From an uncultured delta proteobacterium (GTDB taxonomy: Bacteria; Desulfobacterota; Binatia; UBA9968), in assembly GCA_963737905.1 (NCBI GenBank), contig CAVTUQ010000026.1:239176-303175 (forward strand): DNA of 64,000 nt, read 5' to 3'. Made by a program: the position numbers and the translations under genes. A model generated the notes under the pieces. The model saw nothing but the letters and a program-made list of their open reading frames with translations. It was not told the origin of the DNA and did no database searches. Positions 20,642-30,709 of this stretch are shown here, piece by piece. Position 1 is the first letter of the stretch; every line of letters begins with the position of its first letter.

Positions 20642-21463
20642 TCACCCCAAAGTCCGCGCCAGCCATTCAATTACACTCTTTGCAACTTGTTCTTCCGCCC
20701 CAACGTAAAAATGATCGCAGTTCGGAATGATGGCGATCTCGCAGGGACTGGAGCAATTCTCTTTAAACTTCTCGGCCGGGTAGTTCTCCATCGGCTCTTG
20801 ATCTCCGCGGATAAACAGAACTGGGCAGCGGATGCGCTTGGCGCTTTCTACGAGGTCCGGTGCGTTAGTCAGTCGATCTAAGAATGTCCGTGCCGAGATC
20901 ACCCACCACCAAGTTGGAATGAGCATCAGCTGCCGCGGTTTGCCGGCTGCAACTAAAGCTTGCGCTTCCTTGGTCTGTTCGTCGGTTTTCTCGTTAATGG
21001 TGAAACTCCGCGCCGATCGCGGATTTGTCAGACGGTTGCCGCCGGCGTGAGCAGATAGCAGGATCAAGGCCGGCGTCTCCGGGTGGCGCGCAACGTGCTC
21101 GCTCGCCAAGACACCACCGTTGCTATGGCCGATGACAATGGGATTTTTGAATCCCTGGTCGGCTAAAAATTGTCCGGCTAGCTCATTGTCTTCGATACCT
21201 TCCGCCACCGTTTGGTAGGCGCCGCCGACGGGCTCGCGGCTATTATAGGTACTCACGGAATCGTGGCCGCGCCGATTGAAAGGCAGAAAAGCGTAGCCGA
21301 GAGAGGTAACATAGGGCGCAAGAAAACGCGCCGCGCAAACGTAGAAGTTCATTTGGTTGCCGTGGAAGTACATGGCCGCGCCTTTGATGGGACCCTCCGG
21401 TCTGTAGTAGGCCCCATCTAGGGGATGGGTTGGCGTCGGAATGCTGATGAGTTCCGTGCGCAT
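20642..21463 (-). CDS. Alpha/beta hydrolase
   Basis: FHG, NRRGHD, nucleophile GHSNGG, GDQE, catalytic DHFY. Confidence 0.88.
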   Translation of the reverse strand: MRTELISIPTPTHPLDGAYYRPEGPIKGAAMYFHGNQMNFYVCAARFLAPYVTSLGYAFLPFNRRGHDSVSTYNSREPVGGAYQTVAEGIEDNELAGQFLADQGFKNPIVIGHSNGGVLASEHVARHPETPALILLSAHAGGNRLTNPRSARSFTINEKTDEQTKEAQALVAAGKPRQLMLIPTWWWVISARTFLDRLTNAPDLVESAKRIRCPVLFIRGDQEPMENYPAEKFKENCSSPCEIAIIPNCDHFYVGAEEQVAKSVIEWLARTLG

Positions 21464-21700
21464 GTAAGGCTCCTTCTCGTGGTTTCTGGCCCAAGGTTAG
21501 CTCTAACTTAACGTTGAATACAAAGAGCCTGGAGCGTGGCTGTCCAGCCGTGCTCGCAAATCCAAATCAAATTGACATAGATTATCTTATCCAATACGCT
21601 CTGCCCCGAAGCGGTCAGTTGGCGCAAGGTTTCTTGTTAGGACTCGCTGTTCAATTTATTGGGAGGGGCGTCCGTGCCAGCTTGGAGGGATTAGATCGGG

Positions 21701-22105
21701 ATGCGGGTCGTCGGAATTGTCGTCGGCATATTGATTATCGTCGCCGGCTACTTCTGGGTGGTGCTCAAGTGGAACTACTCCACCGGTGAGCGTGCCGGCT
21801 GGGTGCAGAAGTTCTCGAAGAAGGGCTGGTTCTGTAAAACCTGGGAAGGCGAGATGGCGATGGTCTCGATGCCGGGCGCAGTGCCGGAGAAGTTTTACTT
21901 CACCGTTTGGGACGACGGGGTGGCCGGTGAGCTAAACAAGGTCATGGGGAAGCGTGTCTCTCTTCACTATGAAGAAAAGGTCGGCTTGCCCACCTCGTGT
22001 TTCGGCGAGACGCGCCACTATGTGACCCGTGTGACCGGGGTGGAAGAGATTCCGCTCGCTCCCGGTATCGTCGTGCCGACACCGGCACCGTCAGCCGCGC
22101 CGTAA
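21701..22105 (+). CDS. Conserved hypothetical membrane-anchored protein
   Basis: N-terminal TM helix then YSTGERAGWVQKFSKKGWFCKTWEGE...LHYEE...CFGET. Confidence 0.75.
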   Translation: MRVVGIVVGILIIVAGYFWVVLKWNYSTGERAGWVQKFSKKGWFCKTWEGEMAMVSMPGAVPEKFYFTVWDDGVAGELNKVMGKRVSLHYEEKVGLPTSCFGETRHYVTRVTGVEEIPLAPGIVVPTPAPSAAP

Positions 22106-22306
22106 TCGCCGTAATCTTTTTTAGATCCGACAAGGAGTGATTTTTCAATTCTCCCAGCTTGCGCGGTCGATGACAGGGCCGAGATTTGTGTAACCGGACT
22201 GCGACTGATTGCCAACGAAGGACATCTAATCGGTGATAAGTTGCAATAGTATGTCCGCGGTCTAAATGTAAGGTAGTTTAGTCGCTTCGTAATCTGCGGA
22301 AATCAT

Positions 22307-23518
22307 ATGCTAGAAAGCGGAATATCTAAGCCCGAAGAAGTGAGCAAGCAGATTGCCAGAGAAGAGATTCTTGCCCGGTTGAGTGATCCGTCTCTTTTGC
22401 TAGTGAACGTGATGCCGAAAGAAGCATTTGAGGAGGGTCACATACCGCGTTCGCTTAATTTGCCGCTGGCGGAGATCGAGACAAAGGCACGCCAGGTTTT
22501 TCCGGAGATCGGCCGGGAACTACTAATCTATTGCGGTGGTCCAACCTGACCCCTGGGCCAGCAGGCGGTCGGCCTGCTTTTAGGTATAGGCTATAAAAAT
22601 ATCCGGCACTATGTCGGGGGCATGGCCGATTGGGTGGAGAAGGGCGGGCCGGTAGAAAAGATGGATTTGCCCGTGACGAGCCTCTCGCCCAGGCAATTCA
22701 GAAGAGGGGAGACTTCGAAAACTTGGTCCTGGTCGCGATGGCTCGACATGCTCGCCAATTGGCCGTTGGACCGTTTGGTTTTTTTCTGGCTGGGGATGAT
22801 CCTTGCTTTTGGCTTCATTTATTGGGGCGCCGGCATAGGTATGGGGTGGGGACTGCAAGCCGGCAACACCTCCGTCAAGCCTGATTTCGGCGGTCTCGTC
22901 ACTTCCATCTATTTCAGTTTTGTGACGGCGTTGTCCATCGGCTACGGCGATGTGATTCCGGTAGGACCTTTGAGAATTCTTGCTATCGTCGAAGGGGCTA
23001 CGGGTCTCTTGATCTTCGGCTGTCTGGTTTCAAAGCTCGTGTCTCGACGGCAAGAAGAGCTGACGGAGGAAATTCATCGCACGACATTCGAGGATCGATT
23101 GGATCGGGTGCGTACCAACCTGCATCTGGTGTTTTCAGATCTGGGCGCTGTGCTACAACTGCAGATGGAGCAAGGCGCGTTGCCCGGGCAAGTTCTGCGG
23201 CGGCTTGAAAGTACAGTGCGGGTTTTTCGTGGGGAAATGCAGACGATTCATGATTTGCTGTACCGCGCTCAGGTCCTGCCTGACGAGGAAGCGCTAGAGT
23301 CGCTGCTGGCGAACCTGGCGATCTGTCTTCAGAGCGTTATCGACCTGCAAACTGCGCAACTAAACGGACAGCAGCGATCCCAGCCGCTTGACGCCGGGTT
23401 GCACGCCATCAGCAATCTCGCCAACGAAATCTGCGGTGAATGCGTGCCACGCACCTATGCGCCCGCCATGAAACAGTGGATGGATCAAATTCAAGAACTC
23501 GCTCGCAAGATCGCGTGA
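22307..23518 (+). CDS. Rhodanese (Sec-containing) / 2-TM potassium channel fusion, 403 aa with UGA read-through
   Basis: ORFs 22307-22549 and 22622-23518 are in one frame separated only by TGA 22547; read-through gives GHIPRSLNLP...IYCGGPT-U-PLGQQAVGLLLGIGYKNIRHYVGGMADW (complete rhodanese), then TM-YFSFVTALSIGYGDVIP-TM. Confidence 0.85.
22560..22578 (+). promoter_or_regulatory. Bacterial SECIS-like hairpin
   Basis: AGCAGGC-GGTCG-GCCTGCT, 7-bp perfect stem with GGT loop, 10 nt after TGA 22547-22549. Confidence 0.75.
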
Positions 23519-23539
23519 TTCAGCCAAGCTCGAAAGCCC

Positions 23540-24553
23540 TCAATTGCAGCGGCCTTCCTTTACCAGCTCTTCCACCAGGGTCGCATCGACCAGCTCTTGC
23601 GCTTTCATCCCGCGCGCGGCGGGCAGGGTTGATGCAACCATCTCGATTCCGAGCTCGACTCCCTCAATCTTAGGGTAGGGCCGCGCCGGTATCACCTCGG
23701 TGGTATAGAGGCGGTAAAGATATTCCAAAGCCGCTGGATCGCGTCCCCGTTCCGATTTCGTCATGATCTCCAGCGCCTTCAGCCGGTTCTGTTTCGCGCC
23801 AACAATGCCTTCGCAGATACCGCTCATAAAACTTTTCGCCTCTGGCCTGCGCGTTTTGAGGAAAGCCACGGTCATGGCGTAATCGGCGCCACCTCCGGCG
23901 TAGATATTGAGTCGTTTATGGTCGGCGAGGATGCGAAAATTTTTGATCTGCCCGGTTTTCTCCAGGTCGTACATGGCTTCTGCGGTAACCAAAGTGCCGG
24001 ACAGTTGACCCGAAGTCAGAGCGGTGGCGCGATCGGCGCTCCGAGCATCGTGGGAATGGACCAAAGTCACGTCCCGGTCGGGATCAAGTCCGAGTTTTCT
24101 CAAGGCCAGCCGCGTCAATCGATCGGGCGTGCTGCCCGGTTCACCGGTGCCCACTTTCTTACCCCTAAGATCCTCCGTTCGCGTGATCGCGGAGTCGACG
24201 AGCAGGACCGAGTAGTTATAGCCCGAGTTTGCGACGAGGGTCAGAGCCGGTCCGCCGGTGGCGTTGTTCTGGATGACGTGATTGGAACTCACAACGAAGA
24301 TATCTCCGCCGCCGTTTTTCATCGCCGCGAGGAGCTTCTCGTTTGAGCCCGGATTCGTCCACGAAAGCTTCAGGCCGTTTCTTTCAAAAATGCCGGTGTC
24401 GCGAGCGAGATATAAGGGCAGTTTGCTGATGTTCCAGGGAGGATAATAGATGACCTTAACCGTGTCGGTTTGTGCGAAGGACGACGGGCAGCCCATCAGC
24501 AAGGGGATAAGCGTGACAATAAACCGGAGTCGGTTGGGTTTGCGGCTGCCCAT
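23540..24553 (-). CDS. NMT1/THI5/SsuA-like ABC substrate-binding protein
   Basis: LYLARDTGIFERNGL, EDLRGKKVG, LGLDPDRDV. Confidence 0.85.
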   Translation of the reverse strand: MGSRKPNRLRFIVTLIPLLMGCPSSFAQTDTVKVIYYPPWNISKLPLYLARDTGIFERNGLKLSWTNPGSNEKLLAAMKNGGGDIFVVSSNHVIQNNATGGPALTLVANSGYNYSVLLVDSAITRTEDLRGKKVGTGEPGSTPDRLTRLALRKLGLDPDRDVTLVHSHDARSADRATALTSGQLSGTLVTAEAMYDLEKTGQIKNFRILADHKRLNIYAGGGADYAMTVAFLKTRRPEAKSFMSGICEGIVGAKQNRLKALEIMTKSERGRDPAALEYLYRLYTTEVIPARPYPKIEGVELGIEMVASTLPAARGMKAQELVDATLVEELVKEGRCN

Positions 24554-24566
24554 GGGGACGATCTCC

Positions 24567-26279
24567 TCATTTCTTGAAAGAGACAATCAGATAAGCGGGG
24601 GCCGACTTCGAAGCGAAGTCGCCCTGGCCCACGACTATGACGGTGTACGTTCCCGCTTCCTTGATGGCCTGTTGCGGGACCGTCGCCTCGATTTCCCCGG
24701 CGCTGACGAAGCGAGTTTCCAGCTCTTTGCCGTTGAGGGTAACCTTGTGAAAGCGATCGAAGCCTCGGCGAGCGGAGACCTTGACCTTGAGGATCGCGGT
24801 GGAGCCTTGAGTAATAGCGTGCGGCGAAATCTCGATGTCTCGCGGCGTCGCCCGCCACGGACGAATGTTTGGAATCGGGTTCTTGTAATCCGCATGAAAG
24901 TCGCTATCGGCGACCTCGCCGTTCAGGACGACCAGTTTCACGTTCTGAACCGCCCACATGTCTTTTAGGGGATCCCCCTCCACGGCGATCAAGTCGGCGA
25001 CCTTTCCCGGTTCCACGGTGCCGAAGTCCTTGTCCTTGCGGAATGCCTTGGCGACGTTGATCGTCGCTGCTTGAATGGCCTGCATAGGCGTCAAGCCGGC
25101 TTCGACGAACATAACCATTTCTTGATGGACCCCGAGGGCGGGCAGTCCGTTATTCGGGTCCGATCCGGCCCTGATGATACCGCCGGCTCGTACGAACCGC
25201 GCGATGAAATCGGCAATCTTGCTGTAGCCCTCGCGAGTCCGTTTAAGGCGATCGGCTGGAAACTTTGCGTAGCGATCGTACTGTCTCAGGGTTTGTTCGC
25301 GCATCACCGCCGGCAAGTATGCCGCGCTGGGATTATCTAGAATCGACAATTCTCTTTCCTTGAACCGCTCGGCGCTCGGCGAGAGCGGACGAAACCAGGT
25401 GGCGATGGTCGGACTCCAAGAGACCTTTTTTTCCGCCATCGCTTTGATGATCTTGTCGAAGTTCTCCGGTTCGTAATAAAAGGCGACGTCCGCCGTATTG
25501 ATCTTGCCGGTCATGCGGAGCTCGTGAACTTCCCAACGCTTTTTGACATCCGCGATGGAAGTCATTCCGGGCGCCCAGTGATGCTCAACGCCGGCGAACC
25601 CCGCTTCCGCTGCAAGAAAAACATCGAGACAGTGACAGGTTACAGGAAGACCAAGCCGGTTGGCTTCCTCCGCGCCCGCTTTGATCGCCTCGGGGGAGAC
25701 GTATTCGTTGAACTTGATGATCTCAATGCCCGCTTCCTTCTTTTTTCGGACGATCGCGCGCGCATCTTCAGGACTCTTGATCAGGTAACCGCTCTCAGTG
25801 CGCAACGCCCAAGGCGGCGGCGGTCCGACCAGGCGCGCTCCCGTCGACCAGATGCGCGGGCCGCGGATCTTACCGAGATTGGTTCCATCGCGCTGGGCCA
25901 TGGTCCACTCGTCATCGTTTTGCGTGATGTCCGGACAGGTGGTGATGCCGAGATGCAAGTAGAGCTCACCGACAAAATCGAGCAGATGGCAGTGGCCGTC
26001 AATGAGGCCCGGAAGAATTGTCTTTCCTTTCACGTCAATGATACGGCTTCCCTTTGGAACTGCGACCGCGCCACGCTTCCCGACCGCCTTGAACCGATTG
26101 CCTTCGATGACGATAACCGCGTCCTCCAGCGGAGGCCGGCCGGTTGCGTCGATGAGTGTTCCACCCTGAATGACCAGCGGTGTCGCGTTCTGCGCTTCGC
26201 TCCGCGCCGGGAGCAGCCAGACGAGTATGGAGATGAGGAGCACTGTGTCCAGCCATCTTAAACGATCGCGAATTTCCAT
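24567..26279 (-). CDS. Secreted metal-dependent amidohydrolase with C-terminal Ig-like (IPT/TIG) domain
   Basis: Signal peptide; PGLIDGHCH, AGSD, GTVEPGKVADLIAVEGDPL; beta-rich C-terminus. Confidence 0.88.
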   Translation of the reverse strand: MEIRDRLRWLDTVLLISILVWLLPARSEAQNATPLVIQGGTLIDATGRPPLEDAVIVIEGNRFKAVGKRGAVAVPKGSRIIDVKGKTILPGLIDGHCHLLDFVGELYLHLGITTCPDITQNDDEWTMAQRDGTNLGKIRGPRIWSTGARLVGPPPPWALRTESGYLIKSPEDARAIVRKKKEAGIEIIKFNEYVSPEAIKAGAEEANRLGLPVTCHCLDVFLAAEAGFAGVEHHWAPGMTSIADVKKRWEVHELRMTGKINTADVAFYYEPENFDKIIKAMAEKKVSWSPTIATWFRPLSPSAERFKERELSILDNPSAAYLPAVMREQTLRQYDRYAKFPADRLKRTREGYSKIADFIARFVRAGGIIRAGSDPNNGLPALGVHQEMVMFVEAGLTPMQAIQAATINVAKAFRKDKDFGTVEPGKVADLIAVEGDPLKDMWAVQNVKLVVLNGEVADSDFHADYKNPIPNIRPWRATPRDIEISPHAITQGSTAILKVKVSARRGFDRFHKVTLNGKELETRFVSAGEIEATVPQQAIKEAGTYTVIVVGQGDFASKSAPAYLIVSFKK

Positions 26280-26324
26280 GGGCGATTCTCCTGAATGGGT
26301 TTGTTGTTCGTCTGGCCAGGGACC

Positions 26325-27299
26325 TTACTTGTAAACGGAATCGATGAAGCCGCTGCGCTCGAGCTGGTCCACCAAGGAGGTGTCCACAAAACTCTCTGGC
26401 TTCGGCGTTGGAGTTTTGTCTTTGAGCTGGTTCTCGATCATAAACTGAATAGCTTTCATGGAAGGGCGCGGAACCTTTTGCAAGGTCGGCGCATAATCCT
26501 GCCAGGTTCCTTCCAATAGCTCATCTTCGGTGATCTTGCCGTATTTCCCCAAGACACGCTTGCTGTATTCCTTGTCGGTTCGATAGCGATGCATGCCGCG
26601 GATGAATCCACGCATGAAGCGCATGACGGTATCGCGCTGCTGGGCGATAAAAGATCTCGTGGTGATCACGGTGCCGTTCACGTCCTCGAAGCCGAGGTCG
26701 GCAAACTTCACCAGCTCTCGCATTCCCAGTTGGGCCGCCTTGGGGTAAAGCGGGTAACTGAGAGCTGCGACTTGTACAGCCCCGTTCTGCAATGCCGCGA
26801 AAGCTTCAGGCTGGGCGCCAAAAGTGAGAATCGCGACATCTTTAGTCGGCTCCAAACCGAAATGCTTCAAAGCTATCCGCACGACCTGGTCGGAGGTGGA
26901 ACCGAAGGTGGTAATGCCTGCTCTCTTCCCCTTCAAGTCCGACGGCTGTTTAATTTCGGGCCGAGCCATCAATCGAAAGGGCGAAACTCTCCCGGTGGCG
27001 GCGATGATAACGACGTCGCTGCCGGCGCCTGTGGCCGCTATGGCAGCCGATGCTCCTGCTTGAATGATCGGCGCGCTGCCTCCGAGCATCGCAGCCACCA
27101 TTCGGGTGCTCCCACCCACACGGATCAGTTCGACATCCAGTCCTTCCGAAGCAAAATAGCCGGCTTCCTTGGCGACCCAAGCAACGGCCCAAGTGCCGGC
27201 AAAGCTCGGGTACAAAACACGCATGGAGATCGCAGCGCCAAAGCCTTGGGATGGAAATGCACTGATAATAAGCGCCAACAATGTTATGAGTCGCAGCAT
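26325..27299 (-). CDS. NMT1/THI5/SsuA-like ABC substrate-binding protein
   Basis: WVAKEAGYFASEGLDVEL, DLKGKRAGIT, FVDTSLVDQLERSGFI. Confidence 0.9.
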   Translation of the reverse strand: MLRLITLLALIISAFPSQGFGAAISMRVLYPSFAGTWAVAWVAKEAGYFASEGLDVELIRVGGSTRMVAAMLGGSAPIIQAGASAAIAATGAGSDVVIIAATGRVSPFRLMARPEIKQPSDLKGKRAGITTFGSTSDQVVRIALKHFGLEPTKDVAILTFGAQPEAFAALQNGAVQVAALSYPLYPKAAQLGMRELVKFADLGFEDVNGTVITTRSFIAQQRDTVMRFMRGFIRGMHRYRTDKEYSKRVLGKYGKITEDELLEGTWQDYAPTLQKVPRPSMKAIQFMIENQLKDKTPTPKPESFVDTSLVDQLERSGFIDSVYK

Positions 27300-27460
27300 A
27301 TGTCACCCTCGCAATTGTATGTCTCACGCGCGCGCTTCGGCCGGAAGCCCCCAAGCCGATGCATGGGTAAACTATCCGAGGAATTCATCTATCGTCAACC
27401 CAAAACGTGGACAGGGCGTAGCTTTGAGATATCGCACACCGAGGACAGGGGAGGATGGGG

Positions 27461-27862
27461 CTACTTGAGACGGAACTTATCGACGAGTTTCTTATTGTAG
27501 TTCCGTACCGAAGGGAGGGACATAGAACGACGCTTGAGCATATCCAGCCGGATCACTTTCGACTGGATCCTCTTTGCAAGGGCCCGTCGCTCATCATCGT
27601 CCTCGACATGCTTGAGCAAATCTTCGAGGGTGTGGATGTCCTTTAACAGTTCCGCTTCGGGAGGCAGGACGTGGGCGTTCTTGAGAATATGGTAGCCGAT
27701 GCGTAGATCTTCAGGCACCCAGCTCAAGTCCTCGAGATGCAGCGGCTTTCCCTTGCCCGGAAGGTTATCGAACGCGCCCGTTCTCTGGGCCTCAAGAATA
27801 CGTTGTTCGGCAATTCTTTGAAAGATGGGAACCGCGCCTGTTGGTTGTGGTGACCTTTTCAT
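27461..27862 (-). CDS. DUF1992 (DnaJC28 conserved domain) protein
   Basis: IAEQRILEAQRTGAFDNLPGKGKPL...ILKNAHVLPPE. Confidence 0.9.
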   Translation of the reverse strand: MKRSPQPTGAVPIFQRIAEQRILEAQRTGAFDNLPGKGKPLHLEDLSWVPEDLRIGYHILKNAHVLPPEAELLKDIHTLEDLLKHVEDDDERRALAKRIQSKVIRLDMLKRRSMSLPSVRNYNKKLVDKFRLK

Positions 27863-27942
27863 CTCGCTGCTCGCTATGGGTTCAAGCCGTTCAACCGTTC
27901 CAATCGTTCAAGCCGTTTGAAGTTTGGCTTCCAAGTTATCCC

Positions 27943-28207
27943 TTATCTTTCACTTCTTCCGGAGGTCTCACGTGACGAAACATAAGAAAAAAGGCTACGT
28001 CGTTGACCAATTGTAACCCGCCGCCGATAAGGTAAGCAATGCGCTGCTGATGTAGGCAACGGAAAAGATGATTCCCACGTTACGTCGAGTAACCGAAACC
28101 GGTCGAGATAAGATGGCGAAAACAACATTCAGGTAGGAAAACGCGAAGGCCCTCACGCCGCGTGAAGCCATCAGAACGACTACGTCCCGTTGCAAGCCGG
28201 CAAACAT
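27943..28207 (-). pseudogene. Truncated, degenerate MFS transporter remnant
   Basis: MFAGLQRDVVVLMASRGVRAFAFSYLNVVFAI...VGIIFSVAYISSALLT resembles MFS TM1-2; frame disrupted and ends after ~70 codons. Confidence 0.6.
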
Positions 28208-28215
28208 AACGGTCG

Positions 28216-29178
28216 TTAGCTTTTGTTCGTGGCGCGGTATCTTTCCCGCTCGAGATCGAGTTCGGTCTTGGTGCCGATGGCATGCAGCGCGTCGTTGGCC
28301 GCTTCGAGGGACGAGGTTTCGAGCACGGCTTGTGCGGGTCGCGAGAGGGTATCAAACAATTTCCTCGTAGAGAGGAAAAATGTGAGGGCGGTGAGCGGCG
28401 TCAGCTTGACGGTTCTTTGGTCGCTGCGGATTTTACTTTCTCCCCAAGCGCCATAGAAGCATTGGACCGGAATGGCGCTGGCCTCGGTGGAAACGGTTTT
28501 GACGACTTCTGCCAATTCAGCCGCGACTCGCGGCGTCAGCGAAGTGGTACCGAGCCACGCGCCGGCTTCCGCTAACTTGCTCAGCGCCCGTTCGATTTCA
28601 TCCACCGTCAATTCGCCATCGCTGCCATAGCCGAAGACAGCCCAGAGAGTGCGGTGCCCGCGTTTTTCCAACTCGGCGTATGCCGCGAGCATGATGGCAT
28701 CTGCCAGGGGGCTCCGCAGTCCGGGCTCGCCGCCTTGAGCCAATGAGTCCCCGCCGACGTCGAGCCCCACGAGAAGGTCGGTCTTGAATTCTTTGATAGC
28801 GACTTCCAGTCCATCCACCACGCCATTCACGCCACCGTTGATATCGACCAGCAGAACTTCTTTGCCATGGACCGCCGCCATCTTCGACTCGGCAAAAAAG
28901 ACTCCTGTCTTGGTTTGACTTTTTGGGTTTGCCATCCAGACACGGGGATGGAGCGCGCGGACGTTCTCGACTTCGCCGAGCGTCCGGGGGCCGGGAACCG
29001 GGTCATAGACCGAACGTTCCCACGAAAGACCCCCGAGGATGAATTCCAAGCCGCAGAACTCCAAGAACCGAGCCGCCCCGAGCGCGCCGACGACATCGCC
29101 GCCGCCGCCCACTCCGATCACCAATGCGCGTGACGAGGCGCGAATGAGATTCTCTAGGGACTGTGAATCCGAACTCAT
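28216..29178 (-). CDS. DUF1152 family protein
   Basis: IGVGGGGDV, LDVGGDSLA-x-G-x-E-x-GLRSPLADA, GYGSDGEL; ATGA overlap with upstream gene. Confidence 0.85.
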   Translation of the reverse strand: MSSDSQSLENLIRASSRALVIGVGGGGDVVGALGAARFLEFCGLEFILGGLSWERSVYDPVPGPRTLGEVENVRALHPRVWMANPKSQTKTGVFFAESKMAAVHGKEVLLVDINGGVNGVVDGLEVAIKEFKTDLLVGLDVGGDSLAQGGEPGLRSPLADAIMLAAYAELEKRGHRTLWAVFGYGSDGELTVDEIERALSKLAEAGAWLGTTSLTPRVAAELAEVVKTVSTEASAIPVQCFYGAWGESKIRSDQRTVKLTPLTALTFFLSTRKLFDTLSRPAQAVLETSSLEAANDALHAIGTKTELDLERERYRATNKS

Positions 29179-29729
29179 CGAGGGATGTGGGTGTCCTGTC
29201 CCGGCACAGGGTTGGCTATCGCTTCTTCCAACGATCTTACACCGTGCCACTCATCGGACGGGCGCACGCGGCCGTCGCTGCCCACCTGATCGACGCCCCA
29301 GTAGATCTCTACGCTATGATTATCCGGATCGCGGAATTCAACGGCGATCTGACAGCCGGCGCGGCGGCGGCCGTCGAAATCGATCTTTACCTTGTGAGCG
29401 CGCAGGCGATCTCGCGCGCGGACAACTTCGGCCAGGGTGGGTACCTCGAAGGCGAAATGATGTAGCTCCCTGTTCGCGGCTTGTTCCTTGGCGGCGCCCA
29501 CCAATGCCAGGCAGTGATGATCAGTGTCGCAGCGCAAAAAAACCATACCCCCCGGCATCATCTCCTCGGGATAGACATCGGACACTTTGAAACCCAGAAC
29601 CCGGGTGTAAAAGGCGGTGGATCTTTCCAGGTCGCTTACCTGCAAGACGATATGGCCTAGTTTCCTGATATGAAACTCCATTCCCTTGGGAGGCGCCATA
29701 CTTTTTAGTTTGTCTACATTGACAGCCAA
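29175..29729 (-). CDS. VOC/glyoxalase family (extradiol dioxygenase-like) protein
   Basis: KLGHIVLQVSDL, DHHCLAL, LHHFAFEV, FRDPDNHSVEIY; TTG start after GAGGAG. Confidence 0.85.
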   Translation of the reverse strand: MAVNVDKLKSMAPPKGMEFHIRKLGHIVLQVSDLERSTAFYTRVLGFKVSDVYPEEMMPGGMVFLRCDTDHHCLALVGAAKEQAANRELHHFAFEVPTLAEVVRARDRLRAHKVKIDFDGRRRAGCQIAVEFRDPDNHSVEIYWGVDQVGSDGRVRPSDEWHGVRSLEEAIANPVPGQDTHIPR

Positions 29730-29775
29730 GATTACTCCTCCTTTCGAGCGAAGCAGGCCGGACGGTGTAGAGTAT

Positions 29776-30564
29776 TTATTTCGGCATGAGACCGTTGGCA
29801 CGTAAGAACTCGATAACAAAATCATCGAAACCGGCCGGATCTTCGATGCAGCAGGCGTGCCCGGTCTTGGGCAGAATCTTGTGGACTGCGCCGGGGATCA
29901 ATGATGCCGTTTTCTTGCCGGCGGCAAGCGAGTTGTCGTACTCGCCGTTGATAACCAATGTTGGAACCCTCATGCCTCCGAGGCGAGAAGTCATGTCGGT
30001 TCCGCCACGGGCGCGAAAAATCTGCCCGATGGATTCTCCGCTGAGCCATGGATCTCTTTCGACAAAAGTGTTGAGAAGATATTTGCCCAGTTTTGTTTCA
30101 GGAAAATCGGGAGCAACGAGTTCTTTCAAGTGCTGGATATGATAGGTCTCGATGCCGATTTTGGTGTAGCCATGAATACGCCCCTCAATACTTCCGGCAC
30201 CGGCGCTATTGCCGCCTACAAGGACCAAAGCTTTGAACATCTCCGGATGATCCAACCCTAGCAAAAGCGCCATTCCTGAGCCGACGCTCACGCCGCCGAT
30301 AATCGCTTCTTTCACTTCTTCGTCCCGGCAAACTCCCAGGACGTCGTCGGCCATCTCATTGAGGCTGAATGGTGTCGTTGGCTTGTCGGAGCGGCCATAG
30401 CCGCGAATGTCGATGGCAATGACTTTGAAGTAGGTCGAGAAGTGAGCGATCTGGTACATCCAGAGGTTGTGGTCGAAGGGGTTGGCGTGGATCATGATAA
30501 ACGGCAAGCCTTCGCCGGAAATTTCATAGTAGATTCTGATGCCGTTGGCGGTGCTGTAGGGCAT
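29776..30564 (-). CDS. Alpha/beta hydrolase
   Basis: DIRGYGRS, GVSVGS nucleophile elbow, GEYD, TGH. Confidence 0.9.
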   Translation of the reverse strand: MPYSTANGIRIYYEISGEGLPFIMIHANPFDHNLWMYQIAHFSTYFKVIAIDIRGYGRSDKPTTPFSLNEMADDVLGVCRDEEVKEAIIGGVSVGSGMALLLGLDHPEMFKALVLVGGNSAGAGSIEGRIHGYTKIGIETYHIQHLKELVAPDFPETKLGKYLLNTFVERDPWLSGESIGQIFRARGGTDMTSRLGGMRVPTLVINGEYDNSLAAGKKTASLIPGAVHKILPKTGHACCIEDPAGFDDFVIEFLRANGLMPK

Positions 30565-30579
30565 GGCTAACTCGGTAAA

Positions 30580-30705
30580 GGTTCAAGACGTTCAACCGCT
30601 TCACTCCGTTCAAACCGTTCCAATCGTCTCGGGCAGACGCTGGCCTTTTGATTTCTTCCAACGGTTTGAACGACTTGAACGGTTTGAACCGTTTGAACGA
30701 GTTCA
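30580..30705. repeat. Nonamer tandem repeat tract (GTTCAANCC-like) followed by an inverted tract
   Basis: GTTCAAGAC GTTCAACC ... GTTCAAACC GTTCCAATC then GGTTTGAAC GACTTGAAC GGTTTGAAC CGTTTGAAC; related tracts at 4916, 27880, 34275, 38347, 40716 and 42205. Confidence 0.75.
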
Positions 30706-30709
30706 GTAT

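Noticed and set aside
21620-21636. Weak sigma-54-like element TGGCGCAAGGTTTCT
   Set aside because: Lacks the invariant GC at -12.
30580-30705. Possible CRISPR array
   Set aside because: Units are 9-nt degenerate tandems without unique spacers; no cas genes.
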